DNA of 64,000 nt from an uncultured Gammaproteobacteria bacterium (GTDB lineage Bacteria; Patescibacteriota; Microgenomatia; Levybacterales; UBA12049): positions 333,553 through 397,552 of the forward strand of contig CAZERI010000001.1 in assembly GCA_964515545.1 (NCBI GenBank), in the 5' to 3' direction. The position numbers were made by a program, and so were the translations under genes. The notes beneath the pieces were generated by a model. It was not told the origin of the DNA and did no database searches. It worked only from the letters and a program-made list of their open reading frames with translations. This document shows positions 9,958 through 18,741 of this stretch, one piece after another (the first letter of the stretch is position 1; each line of letters opens with the position of its first letter).

Positions 9958-10572
9958 ATGAAGATCCCCAAAGCCATCCAATCGACTATCGAATCATTTG
10001 AAAAATTACCAGGGGTTGGGCCAAAGACTGCCCAACGTCTGACATTTTATCTTCTGCATGTTCCGCAGCACGAACTCGACAGCTTTTCAGAAGCAGTGAA
10101 GAATTTAAAAGCCAATACTGTCCTTTGCTCTATTTGTTTTAGTGTTGGAGAGGAGGATCCATGCAGTTATTGTTCTAGTAGCTCCCGCGATCATGGGACT
10201 GTCTGTGTCGTCGAGCAGGCACTTGATGTCCTCGCGCTTGAAAAAAGTGGTAGATACAATGGCGTCTATCATGTTCTACATGGCAAGATAGATCCTCTTA
10301 ATAGTATTGGTCCTGATGAAATTTATATCCGTCAGCTTTTTGACCGCATAAAGAATAGCCAGAATGGTCATTCAGTCAAAGAAATTATTTTAGCTACTAA
10401 TCCGACAATGGAAGGTGAGGCGACTGCTATGTATATTGCCAAAGAAGTAAAAGAAAAATTTTCAACTATCAGTGTTACGCGTATCGGACGAGGGCTCCCT
10501 ATCGGAGCGGATCTTGAATATGCAGATAGTGTCACACTTCAGCGGGCGATGGAGGGACGAAGCTCATACTAA
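9958..10572 (+). CDS. recR: recombination protein RecR
   Basis: HhH motif LPGVGPKTAQRL, C4 zinc finger CSIC...CSYC, and Toprim region. Confidence 0.9.
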   Translation: MKIPKAIQSTIESFEKLPGVGPKTAQRLTFYLLHVPQHELDSFSEAVKNLKANTVLCSICFSVGEEDPCSYCSSSSRDHGTVCVVEQALDVLALEKSGRYNGVYHVLHGKIDPLNSIGPDEIYIRQLFDRIKNSQNGHSVKEIILATNPTMEGEATAMYIAKEVKEKFSTISVTRIGRGLPIGADLEYADSVTLQRAMEGRSSY

Positions 10573-10575
10573 CAT

Positions 10576-11337
10576 CTACCGTAAAGGGAGATCGATAATA
10601 CGATAAGGTATCCCCGGATGCATTTTAATATGGATAGGAACTGCCAAGTCGATAATATCCACATGGTTGGGAGTGGTTGCCGGTCTATTGATATTACGGT
10701 GGTCGTGGCCATGCAAGACAAGGTTAACCTGATCCGTATGATCGTCTACTAGTCTTATGGAGTCAGACAGGTGGAGTTCCTCCTCCTCGGGATTTTCAGG
10801 ATTGGGGACAGACTGCATCTGATCAAAGTGGAAAAGAGCTACATTATTTCTTCCTTCAAGATTGCGTAGTTCTTTGCGAAATGTGGTAGCCTGGGCTGAG
10901 CACATAGCTTCGTATTCTTCTTTTGTCATGGAGAGATATCTGGGCCTTTTATTTTCACGGAGAAGAAAACCTGGCATACCTATAAAACCTACTGATTCAC
11001 CATGATGCTGAATTGCTACCGTATTTCCCTCAAGAAGTGTTATCCCACCCTTCAATGTAAGAATTTCTGCAGCCATTTGAGGGTCATAGCGAATATCATG
11101 ATTGCCTAGAACTCCGATAACAGGTTTGGTTGCTTCACTGAGAATATTAGCTGTAGAGGTGAGGCTTTTCTCATCTCCTCGATCAGTGAAGTCTCCGCAG
11201 TGGACGATGACATCTGCGTTTCCTGACATCTCTTTAACATGCTTGCGGAAGCTTCGATAGTGGAGGTCGCCTTTGTGAGGCTCTAATCTGCCAAAGTGTG
11301 TATCGCTAATTCCGGCAATTCGTAGAGATTCAGACAT
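10576..11337 (-). CDS. calcineurin-like metallophosphoesterase
   Basis: GDTHF-like GISDTHFG, then GDFTDRG and GNHD motifs. Confidence 0.7.
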   Translation of the reverse strand: MSESLRIAGISDTHFGRLEPHKGDLHYRSFRKHVKEMSGNADVIVHCGDFTDRGDEKSLTSTANILSEATKPVIGVLGNHDIRYDPQMAAEILTLKGGITLLEGNTVAIQHHGESVGFIGMPGFLLRENKRPRYLSMTKEEYEAMCSAQATTFRKELRNLEGRNNVALFHFDQMQSVPNPENPEEEELHLSDSIRLVDDHTDQVNLVLHGHDHRNINRPATTPNHVDIIDLAVPIHIKMHPGIPYRIIDLPLR

Positions 11338-11422
11338 TCTGCAATAAAACCTTTCTGAGAATAGATGAGATAGACTGTCTTGTCAATATATTTAGATAGC
11401 TATTTTTTGGTATGATGAGGAA

Positions 11423-11740
11423 GTGGAAAAAAATTTGAGTGATGCATCAGTCTATTCTGCTTTAAGGGAGATTATCGATCCGGAACTGCATATAAATATT
11501 GTTGATCTTGGGCTTATTTATGGTTTGAATATTGATCAGGAGAAAGGGTTAGTTGATATTACTATGACTCTTACCACACCAGGCTGTCCTTTGTCTTTTG
11601 TCTTTCGTGAATGGATACCGGAAGCTATTAAAAAAATACCAGGTGTCAAAGATGTTACAATTGAGTTAGTTTGGGATCCTCCTTGGGATCCAGATAAGAT
11701 CTCAGACGAACAGAAAGAAGAACTAGGAATTATAAGATAG
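11423..11740 (+). CDS. DUF59/MIP18-family Fe-S cluster assembly protein (SufT-like)
   Basis: 105 aa; IDPELHINIVDLGLIY...TPGCP is the characteristic DUF59 core. Confidence 0.6.
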   Translation: MEKNLSDASVYSALREIIDPELHINIVDLGLIYGLNIDQEKGLVDITMTLTTPGCPLSFVFREWIPEAIKKIPGVKDVTIELVWDPPWDPDKISDEQKEELGIIR

Positions 11741-11822
11741 TATTGAGTATCAAGTATTTTGTATTAAGTATAATTAGATATCTCATTTACACTTAATACT
11801 GTATACATAATACTTTATACCT

Positions 11823-12374
11823 ATGCCTAATAATCCTTTAGGGTCATTTGAAGATAGTTTTGAACAAGGGATATCAAATGTTACTCAGCAAGCCAAAGCA
11901 CAAGCTGCAGCAACTGCTAAGGCAGTGGCGACTCAGACGACAGGGAATACCTTCACTACAGCGGTTCCACCGGTCTCGGACAAGCTATCACAAACAGGGG
12001 AAGTAAAGACAGTAACAGATCAGTTCAATGAGACGTCTACGAATACTCAGCAAAATCAGACACAAAATCCTCAGGATGATGCTAAAGCACAAGTAGCCAA
12101 AAAGCAGTTAGAAGAGAGGGATCAGGTAGAAAGAGAGAAAAAATTAAAAGATGCCAGACAGCGTCTGCAGCAGCTCCACAAACAAGTGTATTATGATCCT
12201 ACTTTTAACCGACGTAAAAAAGAGCAAAGTGTCCAGGAAAAATTAGAACAAGAAGAACAGGAGAAACAGCAAAAGCAGATGCTGGAACTTGAAGAGAAAA
12301 AGAAAAAAGATCAGCCAATCGCCCTCCGTCAGGCACAGACTCGGGCTGAGATCAACCGAGGAGCATCAGGGTAA
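11823..12374 (+). CDS. Q/E/K-rich coiled-coil hypothetical protein
   Basis: Intact ORF with a low-complexity charged C-terminal half; no motif. Confidence 0.4.
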   Translation: MPNNPLGSFEDSFEQGISNVTQQAKAQAAATAKAVATQTTGNTFTTAVPPVSDKLSQTGEVKTVTDQFNETSTNTQQNQTQNPQDDAKAQVAKKQLEERDQVEREKKLKDARQRLQQLHKQVYYDPTFNRRKKEQSVQEKLEQEEQEKQQKQMLELEEKKKKDQPIALRQAQTRAEINRGASG

Positions 12375-12618
12375 TGTATGATTTTTGATGTCAGAATAAA
12401 AGTATCAGTTAGTTCTATCCAATAATCAACATCCTGAAATTTATAATCACATTTATTCTCCTCTATTGACAAGCTTCAATTTATAGCCGTACAATTTTTT
12501 AAGAAGCGTATTAGCAGGGAAGACTATATGGACGCAGACTCTTTAGACGACTGTTCACATTTTTGTTAACTCCTCATCGTCAAGTATTCTTCCTTGTTAG
12601 TTGTTTTGTGGGGTTAGT

Positions 12619-13842
12619 ATGCTGTATTTTTCACGCCTGAAAGGCAAACGAGTCCAGACTGAGGGGGGCAAGCATCTGGGTAAATTAGCGGATGTTCTTT
12701 TTTTGGCATCCGAGACGCCTCTTATTACCAAGTTAGTAGTTAAGTCTCCCGCAAAAGAAGAAATCCTTATTCCAGCTGATGCATTAAAAAAAGTGAATCA
12801 TGTTCTCACGCTCAAAGATGAGTTCAGCATGAGTGAGCCTTCAAATGAGGATCTCTCACTTATCAAAAATCTTTTAGATCAACAGATTATTGATGTCCAA
12901 GGACATAAAGTCGTCAGAGTAAATGACGTAACTATCCAGGATAATGAGGGAGATAATCCCTCATTTTACGTTTCGGGGGTAGATATAGGCTTCAGGGGGA
13001 TTTTACGCTGGATTAATTTAGAAGAGGCATCTTTGCCTATCTATCGTGCATTACGATGGGATACTCATCCGCACTTTTTATCATGGGCAGATATCCAGCC
13101 TCTGGAGCTGGCTCGAGGGAATGTCCAGCTGAAAAAAGGCTTGGATCATCTTGATCGGATCCGTCCTGAAGACTTAGCTGATTACTTAGAGAAGACTAAT
13201 ATCAGAAATGTTAATAAAATTGTCTCTGAACTTGATGAAGAGTATGCAGCTGAGGTTATTGGAGATTTAAATACCAGTTATCAGACGGCACTTTTTCGAC
13301 GATTTTCACCTGAGAAGTCAGCTGAATTGATAGAACTTATTGACCCTGATGAGGCAGTAGATATCCTCCTCACTTTGCCCCATGAGAAAAGAGACGAAAT
13401 TCTGGCATCACTTTCCAAAAAGAAGCAGGGAGAACTCCAAAATCTCCTAAAATTATCAAAGACCCCCATAGGCGAATTGATCACAACAGACTATTTTGCA
13501 ATTGAGGTAAATCATACGGTAGGAGATGTGGTTGAGCTTATTAAAGAAAGAACAGAAGAAGTCTCGTATCTTCCCTATATTTATATTACAAATGAAGAGA
13601 ATGAGCTGGTCGGTGTAGTAAATATTCATGATCTTTTTGTCTACTCACACGAGACCTCAATTAGGGATATTATGGAGCAAAATCTGATCGTTATTCATGT
13701 AACAACTCCTAAAGATATCGCAGTCAAAAAAATGCTGCGCTACAAAGTCTATGCGCTGCCAGTTACTGATAATGCCAAACATTTAGAGGGGGTAGTAAGG
13801 TTTGATGATCTTGCAGAGAGAGTCCTTGAAAAATATGATTAA
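12619..13842 (+). CDS. soluble PRC-barrel x2 + MgtE_N + CBS-pair protein (MgtE cytoplasmic-domain homolog without the MgtE pore)
   Basis: Two PRC-barrel-like segments, then an MgtE_N-like helical region (EDLADYLE...EEYAAEVIGDL...DEAVDILLTLPHEKRDEIL), then two CBS repeats. A TTGACA-N18-TACAAT promoter lies at ~12466-12495. The start was set at the ATG at 12619; the ORF track begins at a TTG at 12601. Confidence 0.65.
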   Translation: MLYFSRLKGKRVQTEGGKHLGKLADVLFLASETPLITKLVVKSPAKEEILIPADALKKVNHVLTLKDEFSMSEPSNEDLSLIKNLLDQQIIDVQGHKVVRVNDVTIQDNEGDNPSFYVSGVDIGFRGILRWINLEEASLPIYRALRWDTHPHFLSWADIQPLELARGNVQLKKGLDHLDRIRPEDLADYLEKTNIRNVNKIVSELDEEYAAEVIGDLNTSYQTALFRRFSPEKSAELIELIDPDEAVDILLTLPHEKRDEILASLSKKKQGELQNLLKLSKTPIGELITTDYFAIEVNHTVGDVVELIKERTEEVSYLPYIYITNEENELVGVVNIHDLFVYSHETSIRDIMEQNLIVIHVTTPKDIAVKKMLRYKVYALPVTDNAKHLEGVVRFDDLAERVLEKYD

Positions 13843-15091
13843 TTTCAAGAAATTATTTAACGTAAAGAAGTTTCGGAAGCAGCTCTTGATAGTCTTGGCT
13901 ATTGTCGGTCCTGGTATCATCACCGCCTTTGCGGATAATGATGCAGGGGGAGTTGCAACCTACTCTGTCGCTGCTTCTAAATTTGGCTACAGCATGCTGA
14001 CGACGCTGATACCAATTACTGTTGTTCTTATGATCACACAGGAAATTGGGTCTCGTATGGCTGTCGTGACTGGTAAGGGACTTGGAGATTTGATCCGTGA
14101 ACGTTTCGGGATTAGAGTCTCACTTGTTATTTTCTGCCTTTTATTTACCGTTAATTTGGGAGTTATCGTGCAGGATTTGGGAGGACTTAAAGATGCTCTG
14201 GGTTTATTTAACCTAAACGTCTTTATCTTCTTGCCTTTATTAGTTCTTTTTCTCTTTCTTTTTATAACTAAATCTTCCTATGCCAAAGTGGAGAAATTTT
14301 TCTTATTTCTTATCGTTTTCTACCTAGCTTATCTGATCTCTGCAATACTGGCTAAGCCGGACTGGGGGATGGTAGTTAAATCCGTAGTTGTTCCAGATGG
14401 GAAGCTTAGTTTTGATTATTTTTATACGTCAATTGCTGTATTAGGTACGACAGTGACAGCCTGGGGACAATTTTTTATTAATAGCTATGTCAAGGATAAA
14501 AAATTGTCCCCTGACAAGCTTCATTATAATCAAGCAGAGATCTATACAGGAGCCATCCTCACAGACATTTTTTCTCTATTGATGATGGTTGCTGTTATCG
14601 CAACAATTTTCCTCCATGGTGTCCAGATCAAAGGTGCAGCTGATGCAGCCTTAGCGATCAAGCCATTTGCAGGAGACTTGGCCAGTCTTATGTTTGGTAC
14701 AGGACTCTTAGTGGCTGGGTTTATCGGAGCAGCTATCGTCCCTCTTGCTACAGCCTATGCCTTTTCAGAATTCTTCGGATATGAAGGAAGCCTGGATGTC
14801 GATTTTAACCGCAGTAAATTATTCTATGGATTCTTTATGTTCCAGATTCTTTTAGGGTTTGCCATAGTTATGATGCCTAGTGTCTCGTTATTTAAGATTA
14901 CATTATATGCAGATTTCTTAAATGGAATCTTCTTGCCTATTATCTTTTTCTTCCTGTACAAATTTGCCAATAGTGAAGAACTGATGGGAGAGTATAAAAA
15001 TACCAGGTTTAAGAATTTTCTTCTTATTACAGCTGGAGTTGTCATTACCTTCGCATCTCTTATTGGAGGTTTTGGTAAATTCTTCTTCTAA
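13835..15091 (+). CDS. NRAMP/SLC11-family transporter with non-canonical binding-site residues (NRMT-like)
   Basis: TM1 GPGIITAFADNDAGG aligns to the NRAMP signature GPGF...DPGN, here D-A-G-G. The TM6 region TTVTAWGQF replaces A-x-x-M-P-H. The protein is polytopic. Its ATG overlaps the upstream stop (ATGATTAA), indicating translational coupling. Confidence 0.7.
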   Translation: MINFKKLFNVKKFRKQLLIVLAIVGPGIITAFADNDAGGVATYSVAASKFGYSMLTTLIPITVVLMITQEIGSRMAVVTGKGLGDLIRERFGIRVSLVIFCLLFTVNLGVIVQDLGGLKDALGLFNLNVFIFLPLLVLFLFLFITKSSYAKVEKFFLFLIVFYLAYLISAILAKPDWGMVVKSVVVPDGKLSFDYFYTSIAVLGTTVTAWGQFFINSYVKDKKLSPDKLHYNQAEIYTGAILTDIFSLLMMVAVIATIFLHGVQIKGAADAALAIKPFAGDLASLMFGTGLLVAGFIGAAIVPLATAYAFSEFFGYEGSLDVDFNRSKLFYGFFMFQILLGFAIVMMPSVSLFKITLYADFLNGIFLPIIFFFLYKFANSEELMGEYKNTRFKNFLLITAGVVITFASLIGGFGKFFF

Positions 15092-15212
15092 TTTTTTTCT
15101 TATCAATAGGCAATACTCTCCATTTTTGCTACAATCCAGATAACAAGAATTGTTAAATTATTCTCTTGTTTCATTGTTGATAGAAAGTAATTTAGCAATT
15201 TAGTAATGAGCA

Positions 15213-16565
15213 ATGTTAAAACTCTATAATACTCTCTCGCGTTCCATTGAAGATTTCATATCAATTCAGCCGGGCAAGGTAGGTATGTATTCCTGCGGTC
15301 CTACAGTCTATGACTATCAGCATATAGGTCATATGAGACGTTATGTAGGTGATGATCTCCTCATCCGCGTTCTTAAAGCCAACGGGTATAGCGTCCATCA
15401 TGTTATGAATATTACCGATGTCGGACATCTCGTCTCAGATGGTGACACGGGGGAGGATAAGATGGAAAAAGGAGCGAAGAAATTTAACCTTTCAGTCTGG
15501 GATATTGCTAAAAAATTTGAAACACAGTTTAAAGACTCCTGTGGACTTCTCAACATAACACTTCCAAAAGACCTGATGCATGCAACCAATTATATCCCTG
15601 AGCAGATAGAGCTTATTAAAAAACTTGAAGAGAAAGGCTTTACCTACAGAACATCAGATGGGATCTATTATGATACGTCAAAATTTCCTGCTTATTTCAA
15701 TCTTTCACGTCAGAATCCTGATGAATTAAAGGCTGGTGCTAGAGTTGAGATGGGGGAAAAGAAAAACATCTCAGATTTTGCATTGTGGAAATTCTCTCCA
15801 GATGGGGAAAAAAGACAGATGGAATGGGAGAGTCCATGGGGAGTTGGGTTCCCTGGCTGGCATATCGAATGCTCAGCTATGAGTATGAAGGCATTAGGAT
15901 CTCATTTCGATATCCATACAGGAGGAATCGATCATATAAGTATCCATCATACCAACGAAATTGCTCAATCAGAAGCTGCAACCGGTGAGAAATTTGCTAA
16001 TTATTGGATTCACCATGCATTTTTGACAGTTGAGGGGCAGAAGATGAGTAAGAGTCTGGGAAATTTTTATACTGTTGAGGATGTGAAGGAGAAAGGATTT
16101 GATCCTATGGCTCTTCGGTATCTTTATCTCCAAACACATTATCGACAGGAAATGAATTTTACGTGGGAGAGTTTAGAAGCAGCCCAGACAGCGCTCGGAA
16201 AGCTTCGCAGGTACTCGTTAGAAAGTGAAGGAGGTTCCTCACATCTTCCATCTGCATTTGAAGAAGCCCTTAACGATGATCTGAATGTGTCTAAAGCTTT
16301 AGCACTTGTTTGGGAGAATAGCAGTAAGCTTACTAAAGGAGACTTTAAAAAAATTGATGAGGTATTTGGATTACAGCTTACTCACTATAAAGAGGAGAAA
16401 ATAGAGATTCCTGAAGCTGTACGTGAGCTTGTCGAGAAGAGGGAAGAAGCAAGGGAAAATAAAGACTTTACTAGTTCTGACGAGCTGAGGGATCAAATAG
16501 CCAGCCTTGGCTATGAAGTCATGGATACACCCAATGGTCCACAGCTTCGACCAGCCTCGAAATAG
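15213..16565 (+). CDS. cysS: cysteinyl-tRNA synthetase
   Basis: HIGH-class motifs HIGHMRRYV and KMSKSLGN; zinc-binding Cys and the anticodon-binding domain are present. Confidence 0.9.
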   Translation: MLKLYNTLSRSIEDFISIQPGKVGMYSCGPTVYDYQHIGHMRRYVGDDLLIRVLKANGYSVHHVMNITDVGHLVSDGDTGEDKMEKGAKKFNLSVWDIAKKFETQFKDSCGLLNITLPKDLMHATNYIPEQIELIKKLEEKGFTYRTSDGIYYDTSKFPAYFNLSRQNPDELKAGARVEMGEKKNISDFALWKFSPDGEKRQMEWESPWGVGFPGWHIECSAMSMKALGSHFDIHTGGIDHISIHHTNEIAQSEAATGEKFANYWIHHAFLTVEGQKMSKSLGNFYTVEDVKEKGFDPMALRYLYLQTHYRQEMNFTWESLEAAQTALGKLRRYSLESEGGSSHLPSAFEEALNDDLNVSKALALVWENSSKLTKGDFKKIDEVFGLQLTHYKEEKIEIPEAVRELVEKREEARENKDFTSSDELRDQIASLGYEVMDTPNGPQLRPASK

Positions 16566-16673
16566 CCTCAATTAATCTCGGTTAGCCTCAAATTCTTACA
16601 ATCTAGCCCTGCCTGCTGGCAGACAGGCTCAAACTGGTCTATTCTAGCCTCGAAATGAGGCTAGTAGGATACT

Positions 16674-16703
16674 TGACAAATAACCCATAGTAATATATAT
16701 TAT
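16674..16703 (+). promoter_or_regulatory. sigma70-like promoter (TTGACA, ~16-18 nt spacer, TATATT/TATTAT)
   Basis: Consensus -35 hexamer at 16674-16679 and an AT-rich -10 at ~16696-16703, directly after the TAGCCTC-GAAAT-GAGGCTA palindrome. Confidence 0.5.
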
Positions 16704-17345
16704 AGGTCTTCTGAATAACATCAGAAGTTGACAATTTAACACTTATTTACCAGCCATTATGTAAGATCCTGTCCTTACATACACGTCTTAAAAGACGTGA
16801 TTTATTACAGGGCTGGTTTTTTATTGGTTTAGCCACAGCTAGAGTCAGTTCGGCTTGCCCATGAAGTCTTTTTAGATTTCATCCATGCGGGACTGAATCT
16901 AGCGTTGGCTACCTTGTCCGTCCGGAGCATTATGCGAAGGAGGAGCAATAGTTAGCGTCACTGGGAATGAAAGATTTGTCTCCGAATCGAAAGATTCAAA
17001 AGATGATACTTTTAAAGTCTCAGGAACCCAAGACATGTGTCCACTATCACGCAAGTGATGCGTAGCAGTGACTCTGCTACTGGCTGTCTCGGCGAATTTG
17101 AGTCAGACTCTGTTTGATTTCAGGTTCAATAAGCAGCAGGTGGAAATCTGAAGGTTAGCTAAATCTGCCCTGATTTTACAACGAAAGGCACTGCCTTCAG
17201 ATTCCCACTTTATAAAAGTTAGGCACTTTTACAGAAATTTTTTGTTGATGACGAGTATTCTATTTATTTCAAATTTGAAATTGATAGAGTGATCGTCTGT
17301 CAACGATCTCACCGCAAGGTGAAAGCTTAACAAAGGAGTATTGTC

Positions 17346-17741
17346 GTGGAAGCGGCAACTAAAAGAATCAGTTTCTTCTGGTTTTCCCCTCGCAACGATG
17401 AGGGGAAAATGCGGCCGATCGGTTCAGGGTTCGATATCCTGATTCCGATCTACGGGCCAGAGGGATTTACCTTGACGGGCGAGCCTCTCCCTGAGGTGGG
17501 AATTTCGTCTGGTCTTTCTGCCCAAGAGAGCGCTGCTCTCTTGCTGAAGACCGCTGAAGAGGCTGGAGCTGACTATATCATTATCGAAGGGATTCCGTTG
17601 AGGGTTCTCGTCGAAATGGTAACCTCCAGAACTTCTTTTGAGGGACGAATTCTTGCTCCTTCGAGAGGTCATCTCGGCCAGGTATTTCGATTCTCGACAT
17701 ACCTCCCAGAACTGGCTACCAAGCCGTTTCCGGAAGAGTAA
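17346..17741 (+). CDS. GC-rich hypothetical protein (GTG start); could be a gene remnant
   Basis: 131-aa ORF with AAGGAG 7 nt upstream of the GTG. Its GC content is visibly above the flanks, and an antisense ORF overlaps it, as is common in GC-rich DNA. The motif AEEAGADYIIIEG is reminiscent of TIM-barrel enzymes, but 131 aa is too short for that fold. Confidence 0.3.
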   Translation: MEAATKRISFFWFSPRNDEGKMRPIGSGFDILIPIYGPEGFTLTGEPLPEVGISSGLSAQESAALLLKTAEEAGADYIIIEGIPLRVLVEMVTSRTSFEGRILAPSRGHLGQVFRFSTYLPELATKPFPEE

Positions 17742-17898
17742 CCTCCTCATGTCTCGGGATATGTCTGTCCCGCCTCCGCGCAAGCGGATGGCGGGGCGGA
17801 CTACCCAATAAATTATTTGAAAGCAGAAAGCTGTTTGTACCCATACTTGGAAGACAGGACCAGTAAGGATATTTGCAAACAGCTTTCTGCTTTACACA

Positions 17899-17933
17899 GA
17901 GCACTTTAGCTATCAGCCGAAGTGCTTTTTTTG
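17899..17933 (+). terminator. rho-independent terminator candidate
   Basis: AGCACTT...AAGTGCT stem followed by TTTTTTT. Confidence 0.5.
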
Positions 17934-18047
17934 TGGCATTTTTATAATGAGCGGTTCGACGAGCTTACCGTCGAAGCTTGTCGATAAATGTATAGTGAGC
18001 CTGTCGAACTATGGTTTAGATTGTTTTTTTAAGATAAATTTAGGTAT

Positions 18048-18741
18048 AATGCTCCAGTTTATGAAAAGTCCTGAACATGTGGCAATAACTATGGATGGCA
18101 ATAGACGGTGGGCAGAGCAGAGGGGATTAACAACCCATGAAGGCCATTTCGCTGGAGCACAGCGTATCGAACCCATTGTAGAAGAGGCAGCTAAAGAAGG
18201 GATCAGTCATTTATCTTTATATGCTTTTTCAACTGAGAACTGGGATAGACCTGATGAGGAGAAAGGTCATATTATGAGTGTCTTTCGCCATATGCTCAAA
18301 GATCCTGTGGTAGACCGCTTTAAAGAACAAGGAATCCGTGTCAAAATTCTAGGTGACTATGGTAAATTTCCAAGCGATATCGTAGAAGATATTGAGGATC
18401 TCCAGACAGATAGTGAAGCCAATAATCGTATTACTGTTAATTTTGCCTTAGGGTATGGCGGGCATGATGAAGTAATCCGAGCTACCAATAAACTCATTGA
18501 GCAGGGAGTAACCCACATAACACCCGAGTTGCTTGAGAGTCAGTTAGATACAGCCGGTCAGCCGCCAGTTGATCTTATGATCAGGACAGGAGGAGCACAG
18601 CGGACCAGTGGCTTTTTAATGTGGGAATCTACCTACGCAGAATTATATTTTACTGATATTCTCTGGCCTGATTTTACTCCCCATGATTTTCAGGATGCTA
18701 TAACGTGGTATGACCCTGCCAATCGTCGTTTTGGAAGGTAA
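18048..18741 (+). CDS. uppS: undecaprenyl-diphosphate synthase (isoprenyl transferase)
   Basis: HVAITMDGNRRWA, LYAFSTENW, IRTGG..RTSGFLMW and ELYFTD motifs. The start is uncertain (ATG at 18048 or 18060); the ORF track's 17947 start gives an implausible N-terminal extension. Confidence 0.8.

Noticed and set aside
12520-12618. Mg2+ riboswitch (M-box) ahead of the MgtE_N/CBS gene
   Set aside because: The leader is only ~100-120 nt and shows none of the conserved M-box segments; too short for the ~160-nt aptamer.
15092-15212. T-box leader upstream of cysS
   Set aside because: The intergenic region is only 120 nt, with no specifier/T-box (AATTAGGGTGGNACCGCG) sequence.
16720-17340. RNase P RNA, tmRNA or SRP RNA in the ORF-free stretch
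   Set aside because: Hand search found no P4 strands (AGGAAAGUCCGGGC / ACAGAA.CCGGCUUA), no tRNA-like 3' end with CCA, and only a weak resemblance to the SRP helix-8 sequence. The region is left as an unclassified structured candidate.
17424-17783. 119-aa minus-strand ORF
   Set aside because: It is antisense to the GTG/SD-supported plus-strand ORF; its translation is R/S-rich and non-protein-like.
17766-17800. Group II intron domain V-like GNRA hairpin
   Set aside because: The hairpin GUCCCGCC-UC-CCGC-GCAA-GCGG-AU-GGCGGGGC has a symmetric 2x2 internal loop and no AGC catalytic triad. No IEP/RT ORF or other intron domains are nearby.
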